This document shows positions 38,901 to 52,849 of a stretch of 64,000 nucleotides of DNA, piece after piece (within the stretch, counting starts at the first letter, position 1; the number at the start of each line of letters is the position of its first letter). The translations under genes and the position numbers were made by a program. The notes beneath the pieces were generated by a model. The model saw only the letters and a program-made list of their open reading frames with translations. It made no database searches and had not been told where the DNA came from. Source of the stretch: Monocercomonoides exilis PA203 (lineage: Eukaryota; Protista; Preaxostyla); assembly GCA_001643675.2 (NCBI GenBank), contig LSRY02000009.1, positions 1,240,001 to 1,304,000 of the forward strand, written 5' to 3'.

Positions 38901-39399
38901 ACCATTTCCTTTTCAAAGTGATGAATAATAATTGGAGTTTGAAAAATGCAAATTTGAAACCAAGTTTATTCTTTTTTTATATTCCCTCATATAAAGTGAT
39001 CAAAACAAGAAAGAACCAAAAATGATCGTTAAATAAGATATGAAGTTGAAGCGTAACTTAAAAATGGAAAGCGAGAAATAATCAAACCTAAACAGACATT
39101 TTTTCTAAAATTAACAACTCGACTGATCTTTGTCATTCGACTGATCTCGACAAAGATCTGTCGATAACCCTATATTAAATATTTGAATTTTGAATAAAAA
39201 GAAGAATAATTTTTGGTTTATCATTTCCATATTAAATTATGAATCTTTATAGATAAAAAATTTGAAATAACATTTTTTTTCTTTTTTCAATTACAAAAAA
39301 ATAAAAAAATTTTCTTAATAATAAAAAAATTGAACTCAATTAAATTGTCGGTCGACATGTCGAGTTGTTTAAAAAATGTCGGTCGGTCGCAGAGGCCTA
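35919..39399. mobile_element. Non-autonomous TIR element (hAT-like, 8-bp TSD) carrying gene-fragment cargo
   Basis: TIRs TAAGCCTCTGCGAC / GTCGCAGAGGCCTA. TSD GTCATTTT at 35911-35918 and 39400-39407. Subterminal GTCGG/CGACTGATCT motifs. Confidence 0.9.
36400..37740 (+). pseudogene. GGA-repeat beta-helix-like gene fragment inside the TIR element
   Basis: SSFTRCNSSSKGGGI, GDDGGAID, GAGGAII, FYFCFFHNN and ACGLNEMHP*GTIRHCL motifs; frameshifted. Confidence 0.65.
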
Positions 39400-39609
39400 G
39401 TCATTTTATTGCGATTGTCAAAAAGGATGTGAATAGACTTTCATATTCTTCTATTTTTTTGGAGTGCAATGATTATAGTGTGTCAGAAATAATTCCAGAC
39501 AAATGGGAGGAATACTGGATTTTTATGTCACAAGAAAATTGGAAACCTTCGCTTTCATTTTATCAAAAAGTCATGTGACATATTGTTCACTTCAAATTTA
39601 TTTCTAATA

Positions 39610-40005
39610 CAGATATCGCATAAAATACCGGACATCGCACAAAATACCGGACAAGATCGATTTCTCAATAACAGCAAGAAGAAAAATTCTGATTAATTTC
39701 CTTAAAATATTTCTCATCAATGCAAACTCGCTTGACATAAAAGACTTTCAGGACAGCTTCGCTTGAGCTCAGAAAAAATTATTTTCAAAATCTCGGAGAA
39801 ATGGGATTTTGATTTTCTCCGAGATTTTGAAAATAATTTTTTCTGAGCTCAAGCGAAGCTGTCCTGAAAGTCTTTTATGTCAAGCGAGTTTGCATTGATG
39901 AGAAATATTTTAAGGAAATTAATCAGAATTTTTCTTCTTGCTGTTATTGAGAAATCGATCTTGTCCGGTATTTTGTGCGATGTCCGGTATTTTATGCGAT
40001 ATCTG
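39610..40005. mobile_element. Palindromic MITE (Tc1/mariner-type, TA TSD)
   Basis: 192-bp arms at 39610-39801 and 39814-40005 appear to be perfect reverse complements; 12-bp spacer; TA on both sides. Confidence 0.92.
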
Positions 40006-42429
40006 TACTTGTTTTTTCTCACTTCAGTTTTTGTAATAAAAATTAATAAAATGAAAACAAATTCATATGAATCATTCAGTTAACATAACATAAAGTTAAT
40101 TATTAAATAATAATTAATTAAAAAAATATAAAAAATAAATTAAATAGAATATTCAAAATTAATGATCATGAAAAAACAAATCAATTGTGCATTTTGGTCA
40201 ACATTAAAAGTCACATATTCTATGCTTAATGAGCTGATAGTTTAATATAATGATGTTTTGAGCACAAAAATGAAATGACTGAATTGCCATGATCTTTTCA
40301 TTTAATAAATTTTTTGAAATAATATAAGATAAATCAATTTACAAATATTGCGTTCAATTGATGAATATAGCCTTTGTGCTTTGATAAGAAAGTTATACAA
40401 TTGAATTGGCAATAACCTATGCAAGCATCATCTTCGTATTCTTCTTTTTCCTTTCGATTTTTTATTTTTTAATTTTTTCCCGCAATTTTCGTCATGGTTG
40501 TAATAATGTCTTTTTTTGTTAAAGCTTCATTTGTTGCATAATAGTTTTTTCATCCTCGCAATAGGAGATGATGTAGAAGATGGAGCTGCTTGAATAGATC
40601 AAAACCAAAGACACGAGATCATCGAACAGCATTTCATCGGAACTTGTGAATTTGATATAATGTTTGAAACAGGTTCTTCCAGAGAATCATGCTCTGAGGG
40701 TACTGAAGAGAGGAAAGAAAAGGAGCAGGAGGAAGGCAATGGAACAGATTTGGGAAGATGAGGAAGTGGAAGGAGCAACAGAAAAAGAGATTGAGAATGA
40801 AAAAAAGGACAGAAAAAAAAACAGTAAAAATTCACAACGGCACAGCTGGCTGAGGAGACTAAATGGAATGAGGAGTAAAAGGATTTATCATTAATTCCAG
40901 TCACAAATCGTATTCAGCTAAAGAAGATGCGAATTGAGGAAACAAAGAACAAAAACATGGACAAGATCTGCCATCTGCAATCGCTCATGAAGGAGAAGAA
41001 GAATGAGGAACAAGAAATAAGAGTCCTGAGGAAAGGAGGAGAGGAAGGCGCGTCAAGAGTGTCTGTGGTTTAAAGGATGTTTGACAAGCGGGACGAGGCA
41101 GATGACGAAGAGGTGAAGGTCAACATCTTCCATAAACACTTTATGCGAAGAATACTTAGCATGTTAACTGCGATATCTCTTCTCTTGTGCTTGCCCCACC
41201 GCCTTTGTCTGATCCTCAGCATGCTATGAACATGTTCAGTAGGCTGCAGCAGGAGAAGCCAACGAGGATACTTCAGGCTAACATCGAGTGCGCGCTGTAT
41301 ATTTTGTGTGCGGTGCGGAAAGTGGACACGAACCTCTTCTATGTGCTAAACGAGAACTGGATTGTTTATGACGGCAGACTCTCTGTCGATGAGAAGTGTG
41401 CGACGAACGACCTGCTCATTTTAGGTGCGGACCCCCTTGCAAAGTTCTTAAACCTGCACTGTTATCCGCGCAGCCTGGGAGGATACAACAGAAGAGAATG
41501 TGTAAGCTTCGTGAGGTTATATTTGAGTCACAACACGCAGACCAGTTACTGATGAATGTGGAAGAAGCAGCAGAGGAAGAGGGGGAAATGGAAACATCAG
41601 TGGGATCAATTTGTCTGCGTTGGATTCTTCGCTGTTTGTGTCAAATGGGGCAGAAACGCTGACAAAAAAGAATATCATACGGCCAAAGAAGATTGCGATC
41701 GAAAAAAAGACATAATTTATATCATTGGAGGAGTTTGGAGAAGAGTCGAAGTTGAGCGAGCGCAGAGCAGCAAGCATTGCGAGTTCAGTGAGTGAATGCT
41801 GCTATCTTTCAGGTAAATTTTGTGTTTTTCAGGTCAATATTGCCGAATTTCTCGAAGAAGAGGGAGGTCAGGAAAGCAGAAAAGAAGAAGAAGGGTGCAA
41901 AATTTTTGAGCTTGGTTGAAGAAAAGAAAAGAATTCCAAATAGATCGACTTCGGCAATGACGAAGATTTGAAGCGATGTGGTGTGAGTTGAATTTTTCAT
42001 TTAATAATAACAAAGAATTATTGAAATTTTATTTTTTAAATATATTTTTTTAAAATTTTGAAATTTTCAGAATTTTTTTCATTATTTTCTATGAACTTCC
42101 TCTTTTTCTTGTGTGCAGATTTCAACTGCCATTTTTGAGTGTGTGCATTGACAATATGCAGCACATTGCCTGTCTGAACTACATCGGTAGAGAAATCATC
42201 GATACACCCAATCTTTCCTGTCAGATTGGACTTGTACAATCAATTGCCAATATGTTCTGATCAAGAAGAGATAAAGGAGCAATTTTTCATTTTATAAGGT
42301 TTGCACTATTTTTTGATAATTGTTACAATTGTTTAAATCATATTTCTTATTTTTCTTTTTTTAACTTATTCAAACTATAATTTTTGTTTATTCAACCAAT
42401 TGATACATAAATATTTGAACTACCCCTTT

Positions 42430-45400
42430 TCATGTTTTTTTGATACAGCTTCTTTTTCTTTGATTGGGCGACTCGTCTCTTCCACAGTCGCTTCACATCA
42501 TTTCTATCATCATTGGTGTCAGAGCTGATGAAAAAGTCTGAACTGGGAACCATATACCCCGCCTTTTCTGCTTCCACTGTTGCCCCTGTGATACAACTGA
42601 CTGCCTCCTCTCCACACAGCAAGACTTCCTCTCCTCATCGGCTACTCAATAATTATTCTTTTCATCCCCATCGCCTTCGTCGTCGTCGTCATCATCATCA
42701 TCATCTTCTTCTTCTTTCGATTCTTCTACATCGTCATCAAAAACAACCGCAGTTAAATTCTATTAGAAAGAAAAGATTGTTAACGAATTATCTTCATCTT
42801 CCTCTTCATCCGAATAGTCAGATGTAAATTCTTCACAAGAAAGAGCCGAAAAAGCGGAAATCGACGAAATCATCGAAGACTTCAAAAGAAAACATGCACC
42901 GCGTCTGCCTCTTCCTGTGATCATTCCACCACAAGAAGCAACTCTTCGGAATCCATCTTATGTTCACTCGAAGACAAAGTCAGAGAAAAAGCAATCAAAA
43001 TTCAACACAAACCTTTTTGACTCATTCAATTGCTGGAATTGGCACAAGAAGAGGAACATTTCCTTCTTCATTGCCCAATGAATCTTTTCTTTCTCTTCCT
43101 CAGTCATCTCCTTCTCCCTCTCCTTCATCTTCCTCTTCTTCCTCTACATCCTCTTCATCTTCCTCATCTTCTCCAGCGGTAACTGACCTCTCTCTCCACC
43201 CCAAACCACCTCATCGTCTGAGATTGCAATAGCTCGCTGCATAAGAGCAATGGACACTCTCCTCCGCAGATGCTATCTCAACCGTTGTGCACAAGTTGAA
43301 GCAGCCCCAAGGTCGTTGCCCTCTTCACTATTTGCTTCTTCCTCGTTGCGTTGATTTTTTCGCAACTTATTCCTGACATAAGAAGAGCAACAGATAAGGA
43401 GAATGAAGCAACAGCAGAAAAAGAAGGAAAATACAATATTTTGTTCTCCCTCCCGATGTATTTGAGGCGCTGCCGCTGTTTGCATAATTTCGGATGGTGG
43501 AGCGGTATGCGGAGAATCTGGAGAAGAGGAAGAGAGAAAGAGAGAGAGCGAAGGAAAGAGAGAGAGAAGTTAGGAACGAGAGAAGAGAGGAAAGAAGAAT
43601 AAGAGAACTGATTAAGATGAGGAAGGCATTGATGCCCGAAAATGATGTAAATAATAATGATGATGAAAATGATAATAAAGCAAAATCAGAAGAAAATGAG
43701 AGTTTATCATTGATTGGAAGAGATACTCTGAAGGAAACCAAGAATAATGAAGGAAGTGAATGCCTTTCCGACAGCTCCATCATCAGTGATGAAGAAGAGA
43801 GAAGAGAGAAGAGGCACAAACAGAGAGAGAAACAGAGGCTGATGCGAAGGTATTACCAGGCGCTTGAGTTTCAACGTGATTTTGTTGTGAATGAAGTGCT
43901 TTTGATGGTCAGACCGAACCTTCTGCTTTCTCCGACGCGGATAGATGAATCGATTAAAAGACCAGGAATGAGTGTGAATGCTACTAAAAGTGAGGGGGAT
44001 GGCAAAGAAGACGGAAAAGAAGAGAAAGAATCAACGAATTCTGGAAATGGAAATGGAAACAAGGAAGAAGTTGAAGGCGATGAAGATAGCACGAAAGACG
44101 AGGATCAAGAAGTGATTTTGGAGGATTCAACAAACAACCGCAAAGCAGTTGATTGAAAAACAAAGATAATTAAACGGAAGCAGAAAAGAATTCAAACACC
44201 AAAGAATCAATAAGAAACGGCAGGAAAGACGAAATTCATTCCAATGAACCAAAACAGATCCACTTTCATCACGAGCACTGCAAAAACAACATCAAAAGCA
44301 GCAACAAATTCCTCTCCTTCACCATTTCCTTCTTTACAGCCTAAACAATAAATTTCTGGAAGAGGAAACTTTGGAACGATACACTTTACACGAGGGAAGC
44401 GAATGGACGGAGGATGGAGAGGAGTCGGAGGGAGAGCGTTGATTGCGTACAGCCAAGAGATGGAGATGGGGAGAGGAGCTGTAGGTACACCTACAACTCC
44501 GCTGTCACCTGTTGTTGTTGGAGAAGGAGGAGAAGTGGTGACGTTGGGTGTGATGGGGATGAAGGAGTTCAACAAAGAAGTTACAAGGGCGATGTCAGAT
44601 GAGTTTCAGAATGAGAAAGGGAAAGTGGACGATGAAGAGTCGAAAATCAGGTTCAATTCATTGGAATCTGATGATCAGAGAGAAAAACTGCTTCGGCTGA
44701 TGAAACTGCAGGGAATACAGAAGAAGAAGGAGGAGAAAGAAGAGAAAGAGAGGAGGCGGAAGAAGATAGAAGAGCGGGAGCGCAGAAAAATGGAGAAAAT
44801 GGCGAAGAAGATAGAGGAAAAAGATAAAAATCTGTTTAGCAGCATCCAAGGAATACTTCTACCATCCCGTGAGACAGGCACACCGATTAACCAGAAGGTG
44901 AACAAAATGGCAAGCGAGGCGCAACAAGAGGCGAAAGAAAGCCAAACGCCATTTTTAACAAGAGAACTGAAATTGGACTGCATGTTGAATGACCTCTTTA
45001 ATTCTGACTTTGAAGATTTGAGCTATGAACTGGATGTGCCTTTCAGCTATGTGCGTATCAAAAGCGAGGAAAACGGGCAATTTGCGTGGAAGATGCAGAA
45101 GGTACCTGTGTATGCAGCAGTCGACGCGAGGCAGACAAGAACGCGGTTGGATCTGATGAGTGCGCTGAAGAGCGGGCTGAGGCAGAGTCGTGCAGAGTTG
45201 AGAAGAGGAAGAGGGATGAAGTGGAGGGGCTGGTGGTCGCACAAAGAGGAAGCAGAAGTGACACACAGGAAGGGAAGGAAAGGAGCAGGGAAAGGATCAC
45301 CTCTGATGTTTCAAAAGGAGAAAGGGATAAGAACCTTTAGTCAGAGCTGCATGCCTGGGAGAAGAAATGCGCTGTCGTTCTCAAAATTGGTATCTTTCTC

Positions 45401-45830
45401 CGCTTTGCAGAATTCAATGGTGATGGATCTGATGTAGAAATATTCTGAACTTAATTTGGTTGCGCCTTTTGATTCAGCTGCTGATCTTGCTGTAAATACA
45501 AACATTGCTCTTCATCCTCTCTCTAACTGCAATTCTTCACTTGTCAATTCATCCTTTTTTATGAACATTCAACAGCAATCTTTTTTTTCTCTCAGAACAT
45601 CTTTATCTCCTTCACAGCAATACCGCGCTATAATTTCATCTGCTTCTAATCATGCTGCTCCTGGCTCCCTTTTTCCGCTTTCATTGCCTGCTCTTTCTTC
45701 ATCTCCTTCTTTTTCATTCAACTTTCATCGAATTCAGTTCCAGACCTCATCTTTCGTTGCTATTTGGAAAGAAACAAAGAAATACTTATTCTCGATGATA
45801 CATCAGCTTAAGTTATATGTCAACTGAAGC
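42430..45830 (+). pseudogene. Large low-complexity (Ser-rich, Glu/Lys/Arg-rich) protein gene of unknown function, interrupted
   Basis: Consecutive same-strand ORFs 42960-43232, 43494-44156, 44403-45437 and 45456-45827 with coding-like composition, separated by stops; no domain recognised. Confidence 0.4.
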
Positions 45831-46467
45831 GATTCTCCACAAAGCAAAGAAAAGTCTGCAAATTATCAACAACTGAATTAATTCTGACTTTTTCATTTGG
45901 AGGCTGAAGCATTCGAAGTGAAAAGGAAAGTTCAATGAGGCTATTTTTGATTGTAATGGCTGGGTTCCAAAAATAGCCTTCAGCAGATTTCGCAGCTACG
46001 AAATCACAACAAATAGTTGGAAATGAAACGATGAGTGAGAAAAGCAATTTAGAGGAAAAGGCATATTTGAAGAGAAATTATATGAGACAGTTGGGTGAAT
46101 CGTTCACGAACAAGTTGGAATAGAAAAATTGAGGAAAATATAATCTGAAGAAAATTACTAGATATGTATGAATATATTCTTTTTGAATATACAACAACAA
46201 TGAAATTTTTTTCATGAGCTTTATTTTCATTCGATGAAAAAGAGAAAATAAATGAAGAAATTTCGAAGAAATATTTTTGTATGAGCCAATGTCAGACTTC
46301 TCGAAAGACAAGTGATGATATAGACTTCAAATGAAAAGAAGATGAAATCTCAAGAATTTTTCAATGATATGGAAAATATTCAAAAATTTGTAAATGGAAT
46401 TAATAATAAAGAAATTAGAAAATGTTTGTCATTTCCAGTGATTTTTGTGTCAACCGCGTCGAAAGTG

Positions 46468-46596
46468 AGTGTTTGAATGGGAACAAATGTTGAGGTGAGG
46501 AGGGTGAGGGAAGCGTCTTGGAGGAGGGAAATGAAGCCGGTGAGGGCATACTCGATGGTGGCACATGGGATCTGTTGGGGTCTGCCACATGCATCA
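46468..46596 (-). repeat. Paralogous fragment of the beta-helix family gene (near-identical to ~26760-26887)
   Basis: gaacaaatgttgaggtgaggagggtgaggg...ctcgatggtggcacatggg is shared. Confidence 0.85.
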
Positions 46597-47162
46597 GAAT
46601 TAGTTCCTCTGTTTGAAACGATTTAATTCAAAGTGATGAAGATGATCCAGATATTGAACTTGACTTAATCCAACGTTCCACTATTTCGTTTAACGCTTGA
46701 TGAATTCGATGAAAGGAAAAAAAGAAATGGAGATTTGTTGGCTATACAAAGACGAAAAGAAAAAAGAGAAATAACTATTATTTATAAATTGGTTTCAATA
46801 TTTTTGTTTTCTTATCGTTTTTTCTGTTCTTATTTTAAATTTATTTATTCATTTTTTTAATATTTTTAATTTATTTTAATTAACTTGATCAAAAAAATTC
46901 TTTTTCATCTAAATCATATAAACATAGGTTTGTATTTTTGTTTAAATGAAAAAAACAAATAAATGTTTTGTCAACACATGCTAAATACTCATGAAAAATC
47001 AATTCTTGTTATTAGATCTAAAAATACCACAATAGATTTTATTATTTCAATTTTTGATCTTTTTTAATGATTTCAAAAAAAATCACCCATATTAATCCTT
47101 TATTTTAGGCCTTTGCGACAAGGAAATTTTTAGCGATGCGTGTCGGTCGAAAGTCTCGGCCT

Positions 47163-47209
<47 letters not shown>

Positions 47210-50200
47210 CAATAAATATTTTTAAACTTTTTTTATTTTTATGACTCTTTTATTTTTTCAAAATAAGTTATTGTTTGTGATTAACAAAGAATTTTTATCT
47301 TTTTGTGTTTTTGACAAATCGCTATACCCAATTTTGAATAGAATATTAATTTGATACTCATTTTTCTTGAACAAGAAATAAAGTTTTTCTTTTTCAAAAG
47401 CATCTTTTCTCTGAAACATCATCAAACTATTTTCATATCGTTTCAACTTTTCGTTCATAATTCTGAAATTTTCATTGGAAGATGAAACAATAATTCACAA
47501 AAATCAAATTCAAACCCAAAGCATATTTCAAAATCAAATTCAAAAACAATAATTTGATCTTTAAGAGCATTGAGATCCAGCTCAGATTATTTGGAAAATA
47601 TTAAATAAAGGATTATAAATCAGCGCTGTGTTTATACGTTTCGAGTCATCTGTTCCTGAACTTCCGCAGCATTAAATGACCAATCTGAAGACCGACCAAT
47701 TAAAGTTATTTTGCTTCCAACAATGTAACTTTATTTATTCATGGCAAAGGCAATTGGAAGATGATAAGCAAATGCAGGTTTGATGAAAAAGGTTCAGCTT
47801 TTTCAATGAAGAAGACAAAAAAAAATGGCTGGATTGCATTTGTTACAGGAAAAGATGTTGGAGCGACAAACAGAAGTTATTGCATCAATTATTTTTTCCA
47901 ACTGAAAGAAAACGAAGCAGCAAAGGTGGTGAGCAGATAGGGGCTCGAATTACAAGGTGAGAAAAGAGCAGGATTGTTGTATTGCCTGAGACGAAGAAAC
48001 GTTCCAGTTCAGCAGCTCAACTGTTTCAAACAAAATTCGATTGCACTTTGAAGTGCGGAGAGAAAGCAAAAGTTAAGATAGCGAGTGAAGATAGGGCACA
48101 GGAAGTGATATTCGATATGAAGAGACAGCTGTTGAAGGTGGCAGCGAATGTGTACGGGAACGAGGAGAATTCTGCATGGCATGACAACACAAAGCAGACT
48201 TGGCATATGGGTGCTGAGAGGACTTTTTCGTGATGCAGATGTTCCTTTTGCACCTCTGGTCTGTGCTTCCAATAGAGAACCTTCTTCAGCTAGGTTGCCT
48301 TCTCTGCTGCATGTTGAAAAGAAAATTTCGAACAGAACAATTAATCCTCCTTTCCCCTTCAGTCGAGTTCTGAGGACTGTTTTCATCCGTCACTGAGAGT
48401 TAAACAAAAGCGGGAGGTGGCCATTCATAAAACGTGTGAAGATGGCGTTTCGAGAGAAAAAATGAAGGCAGAAAGAAGCAGGTCGTTAAGCATCTTGTTC
48501 CTTTTTTGCATGGAAATTTGGATGTGCCTGTGTTCAGTGGAATCAATATTTGTTTTGAAGTCCGAGAAAATAAAAAAGATGAAGTTAGCGAGTCATATGG
48601 AAACATTGTGGATGAAAGCGCAGAAAATAATGCAGTCAAAGCATATATAATTCAAAATGTGGGGATAAGAACTTTTCCTTCCATCTGATGTTGCGAACCT
48701 GCAGCTGTCTGGGATGTTAAAAAAAATCGAGGAGACGCACTTAATCAAATACAAAGAATCGAGTTCGTCTCGTTGAAAAGGCTCCTCTTTCTGCATAATT
48801 CGTTCTCTTCAAACGGAAGAATGCTCTTGGCTTTTCCCGCTAAGCAATAGATCGCCTTTGTTGTCTTCGTTGCCTCTTTCTCTTCGTCTGCTTCATCAGC
48901 TTCAGCTCCTCTGCTTCTGTTCAGTTTCCCATAAAAACTCGTGAATCTTTATTTCCTTCTGTTCCGTCTTTTTCTTTTTTTTCCTCACCTCTTCTTTCTT
49001 CTCCAAATGCTTTCATCATGCGATTAAATATTTATTCTCCAACCGCTGTCTATGTTCCACAGCACAATCACTCAGGTTGTCAATGGAATTGTTTGTATTG
49101 AATGAATTCTGAATGATATATCAGTTTTATTCACCTTGTGCCTGTGATGTGAGATGATGAAAAGAATATACGCTTTGCAACTCATGTTGAACGAATGAAC
49201 ATCCAACTACAAGCGAGAGGATTGTGGCAGAAGAAGAAAAAGGAGGAATAGGCGGTGAGAAACCCACTGTTTTTTGCCTATTCTTTAAGGAGAAGGACCA
49301 TTTCTGTCCATTCTCATTCTGCTTGCACATCAGTCCTTGTGGAAGTAGACTGTGCTCCCTCTGTGTCTTCTCCTGAGAGTTTCTATGAACAAACAACGAT
49401 TCCAAAATGATGCCTGTGGAAGTTACAAACCTTCGCCAAATAAATAGATGGGTTCATTTATTACTCAATGTGGGACTTGCACAGCAACTTAGGATCTTCA
49501 CAGAAGTGCATTTTGCGCTTCCAGACGAAGATGAATATTTTCTGTGTTTTCAACGGAAAGATCACATGCTTTTCCTTTTGGAAATCTAACGCAGGATGGA
49601 AAAGATGATGGACATCTCTCAAGGCAGCACCAGAGTCACAGTTGGTGATTAACACTATTCCATCGAAAACATCTCTAATAATCCTTCTCTCATTCTGATC
49701 GATACACATGCAGAATAAAAATCAAACACTGGAATACGTAATGAAACTCCCTAACTTATTTGCTGCGTTTCACACATTTATCACACAGCTGGAGTCGATG
49801 ACGATGAGCTTTTTAACGACAAATATGAACAAGATGGAAATGATAGGTGATTGATGACTTTGTGCATTACTGTTGGAGGGATCGATGTCTCATCTCACTT
49901 TCAGTTGCTTGCTTCACATCACGATTTTTCTTTCTTTCTTCTTCAGCTTTTTTCCCATCGCAATCAGTCTCTTTCATCGCTTTGACTTTTTTCTTTTCTT
50001 TCTTTCTCCTTCTCTTTTCCTTTTCTATCAACGTTCATCAAAATGCTTTCTTTAACCTTTTCCAAAATGAGATGCATTTCAGCATTTGCATATACGTTTC
50101 TGCTTTTCTTTTCTGCATTCTCGTCTCTATATTTTGATGAATTAATTGTTTTGTCTCTTTCGCCTATTGACTGCCTGATGCGTCCAACAACTTCCTGTGT

Positions 50201-52849
50201 GTTTATTGACCTTCTTTTCATAAAGGGATTGCGAGAGGCTATGATCAAACATTGTATCTTTCCATTCAGTGCACCGAAGTGATGGCTTATGAATGGAAGC
50301 TCATCGACTCGTCGACTTCTATAAGATGGTCTTTCTGACAAGGGTAAGGAAGGCTTTTGTAGAGGAAAGAAGAAGATGAAGGAGAAGAACGGTGAGAGAA
50401 AAGATACAAATGATGGATGAGATTCTGAATAAAAGAAGTGAAGTTTGTTTCAAGATGAATGCTTGAGGGAAAATGTTTATTTATTAGAATTTGAAGAAAA
50501 TGAAGTATTTGTGGAAGAAGATAAGGAAGAAGATTAAGATAAAGATGAAAAATAAGAAGAAGACAAACGATGTTTGACAGAAGTTAATACAGTTACAGAA
50601 GCTGTCCTTTTTGCAGTCTTCTGCAGAATAGACTGCAGAACTTGAATCTGATTCTGAAACAAAATGCTTTCTGACTCTTTTGAAGTCATGCGTTTGTGCA
50701 AGTGGAACATGAGGCGGTAATCAACAAACTTTGCTTTGCGGAATAAAAGCAGCTCACTTTTTTTGCAGGCTCTTTAGCATTTCACTAACGCAAATCCGGC
50801 AACGAAGAGAGAAGAGAAGGATTCATAACATCATTATACAGCCTCATAAACATTGGCAGTGAAAAGTTCGAATAGACAATCATCAACGTAATTTTGCTTT
50901 GCATGACTGGATCAAAGATATGTTCATTTAAACCAACCGCAAAAATCAATGTGACTGTGGATCTGCTGCTCGTCGACTTTGCTCCCCAGTTTGTTCGACA
51001 GCACCCCTTTTTCCTCCTGAATTAGCTGCAGTATCAGGCTGTTTATCTTCCAGGAAATCAAAACACTCCAAGTTGTCAGATCAAATGCCATCTTCTCCTT
51101 CTTCCTAGTATTTGTCTTCTATGAAATAGCAAAGCCTTGCATGGCTTCCACATATTGAGAGAAATGAGATGCTTGGAATGAAGTTCGTATCTCTGTTCCT
51201 TTTGTGAAGCACACTGCAGAGTGATAATTGCACAGATATGCAGATGGATTAACCTTGGACCCGAATTTCTCTTGCTTCAATCCTGGGCTAATTAATAAAT
51301 AAATTGAGGAGAAGAAGAAAATTGAGCAATTCAAACTGAATGATACGAGATCTGACTTCTTTTCACTGGCTGCCTTTTAATGTGATTCGTCTTCACATCT
51401 TCGTGTTAAAAACCATTTCAATGAGCGTGTGAAAGGTTCAATGTCAAGTTGTTGATATGTGCCCTCCTGATAAAATCTGCATCCCGCGGTTATATCCCAT
51501 TGAACTTAAAACCTTTCAAAGTGTCTATGATTTTTCTTCAAGATGTCATACGAATGATTTTGATGATAGAAAGGCATAACAAAACAACTGTTCTTCTTTT
51601 TCCTTTATTTAACAAAGTTTTTTCATCTTCATTCTTCAAAATCTCGGTAAATTCTTTTTCTTTTTCTTCCTTTTGGAAAAATTATTAAATTGTAACTATC
51701 TTCATATATTCGCTTCTTCTTGAAATTTCCATTTGAACGTGTCTCTTTTCCTTCAGCAATTGTGATTTAATTATTCAAATCATAACAATTAATATCAAAA
51801 TATCTTCACAAGCATTGACAACTTGTCAAATCTCTATATCCTGCCCTTCGTATTCAAACATAAAAGCAAAGATATCAGTTAAACCTTCTGCATATCTTTT
51901 CCAGCTGTTTCCAGGAGTATTGTGTTTTTAAACAAAACAAAACAAAAATATAATTATGGATTCAATTCGTTTTCTTTTGACAGACAGCAATTATTTGAAT
52001 ATTAATATCCATAAACAGAAAAAGTGTGAAACAAAATGTGGTGTCAAACGAATGAAAATATCGAAAAATATATCAAAAACACAAATTCTATCTCTGTCAT
52101 ATTTTAATGAATGTTTCTTATAATTTTCTTTGAATAGAATAAATAAAAAAAACTATGTTTGAAAGACAAAACGATTTCGAAATAGAACATTCGTTCGACA
52201 GATTGATCTTTTCAACCGACTGATCTTTCAACCGACTGATCTTTGTCGTTCGACTAATCTCGACAAAGATCTGTCGATAACCCATTGAATATTTAAAATA
52301 TCAAAAAACTATATATTTGTTTTAGACCTGTGCGACACGACATGCAAATTTTTGTTGCTGTCGGTCACTAAAAAAAAAAAAAAAAATAAAAAAAAAAAAA
52401 AATTAATATAAAATATAAAACATTCATATTAATTTTTTCTATCGATTTTTTTCAATTTGAAAATCACTGACAAATATTTGATCGTTCAATCCATTATTTC
52501 ATAAATGGATAATGAAACAATAATTTCTTAAAAATGTATTGTTTATAATATATTATTTAAATGAATAATGCTTCCACTTATATTTCCATGAATAAATTGA
52601 ATTTCATTTTAACAATTCATTTAATCCAAACATGGTTAAATTCAAATAATTTGATGAAATAGTGTTGTTTTCATTCTGAAGTCTTCTAATTAAAAAGCAG
52701 AGGTTGTGCGCCAAATGAAAAAGCAGCGTTTGCATCCATTATTACACTCATGTTTTTTATTATTGGATTTTTTCTTTGTTTTTTATTCAGAATTGTTTTT
52801 TGAACTTGAACTCCGTCAAAAAAGCGAAAGGAAATAGAAATTAGCTGAA

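Larger units (their letters stand above)
32572..39578 (+). pseudogene. USP(C19) gene copy C, split in the His box by an insertion (35919-39399)
   Basis: LVKELRFAFNDASIPIKNKMILALTQNYS resembles the A/B N-terminus; Cys box GLVNTGSVCSLSSICQCF. Removing the insertion and one TSD restores QGHFIAIVK...ECND. Confidence 0.8.
32260..40295 (+). mobile_element. USP-transposon copy C (transposase part missing; interrupted by two insertions)
   Basis: Terminal AGATCATGGCAATT (32260) and AATTGCCATGATCT (40295). The N-terminal and USP domains are homologous to copies A and B. Confidence 0.7.
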
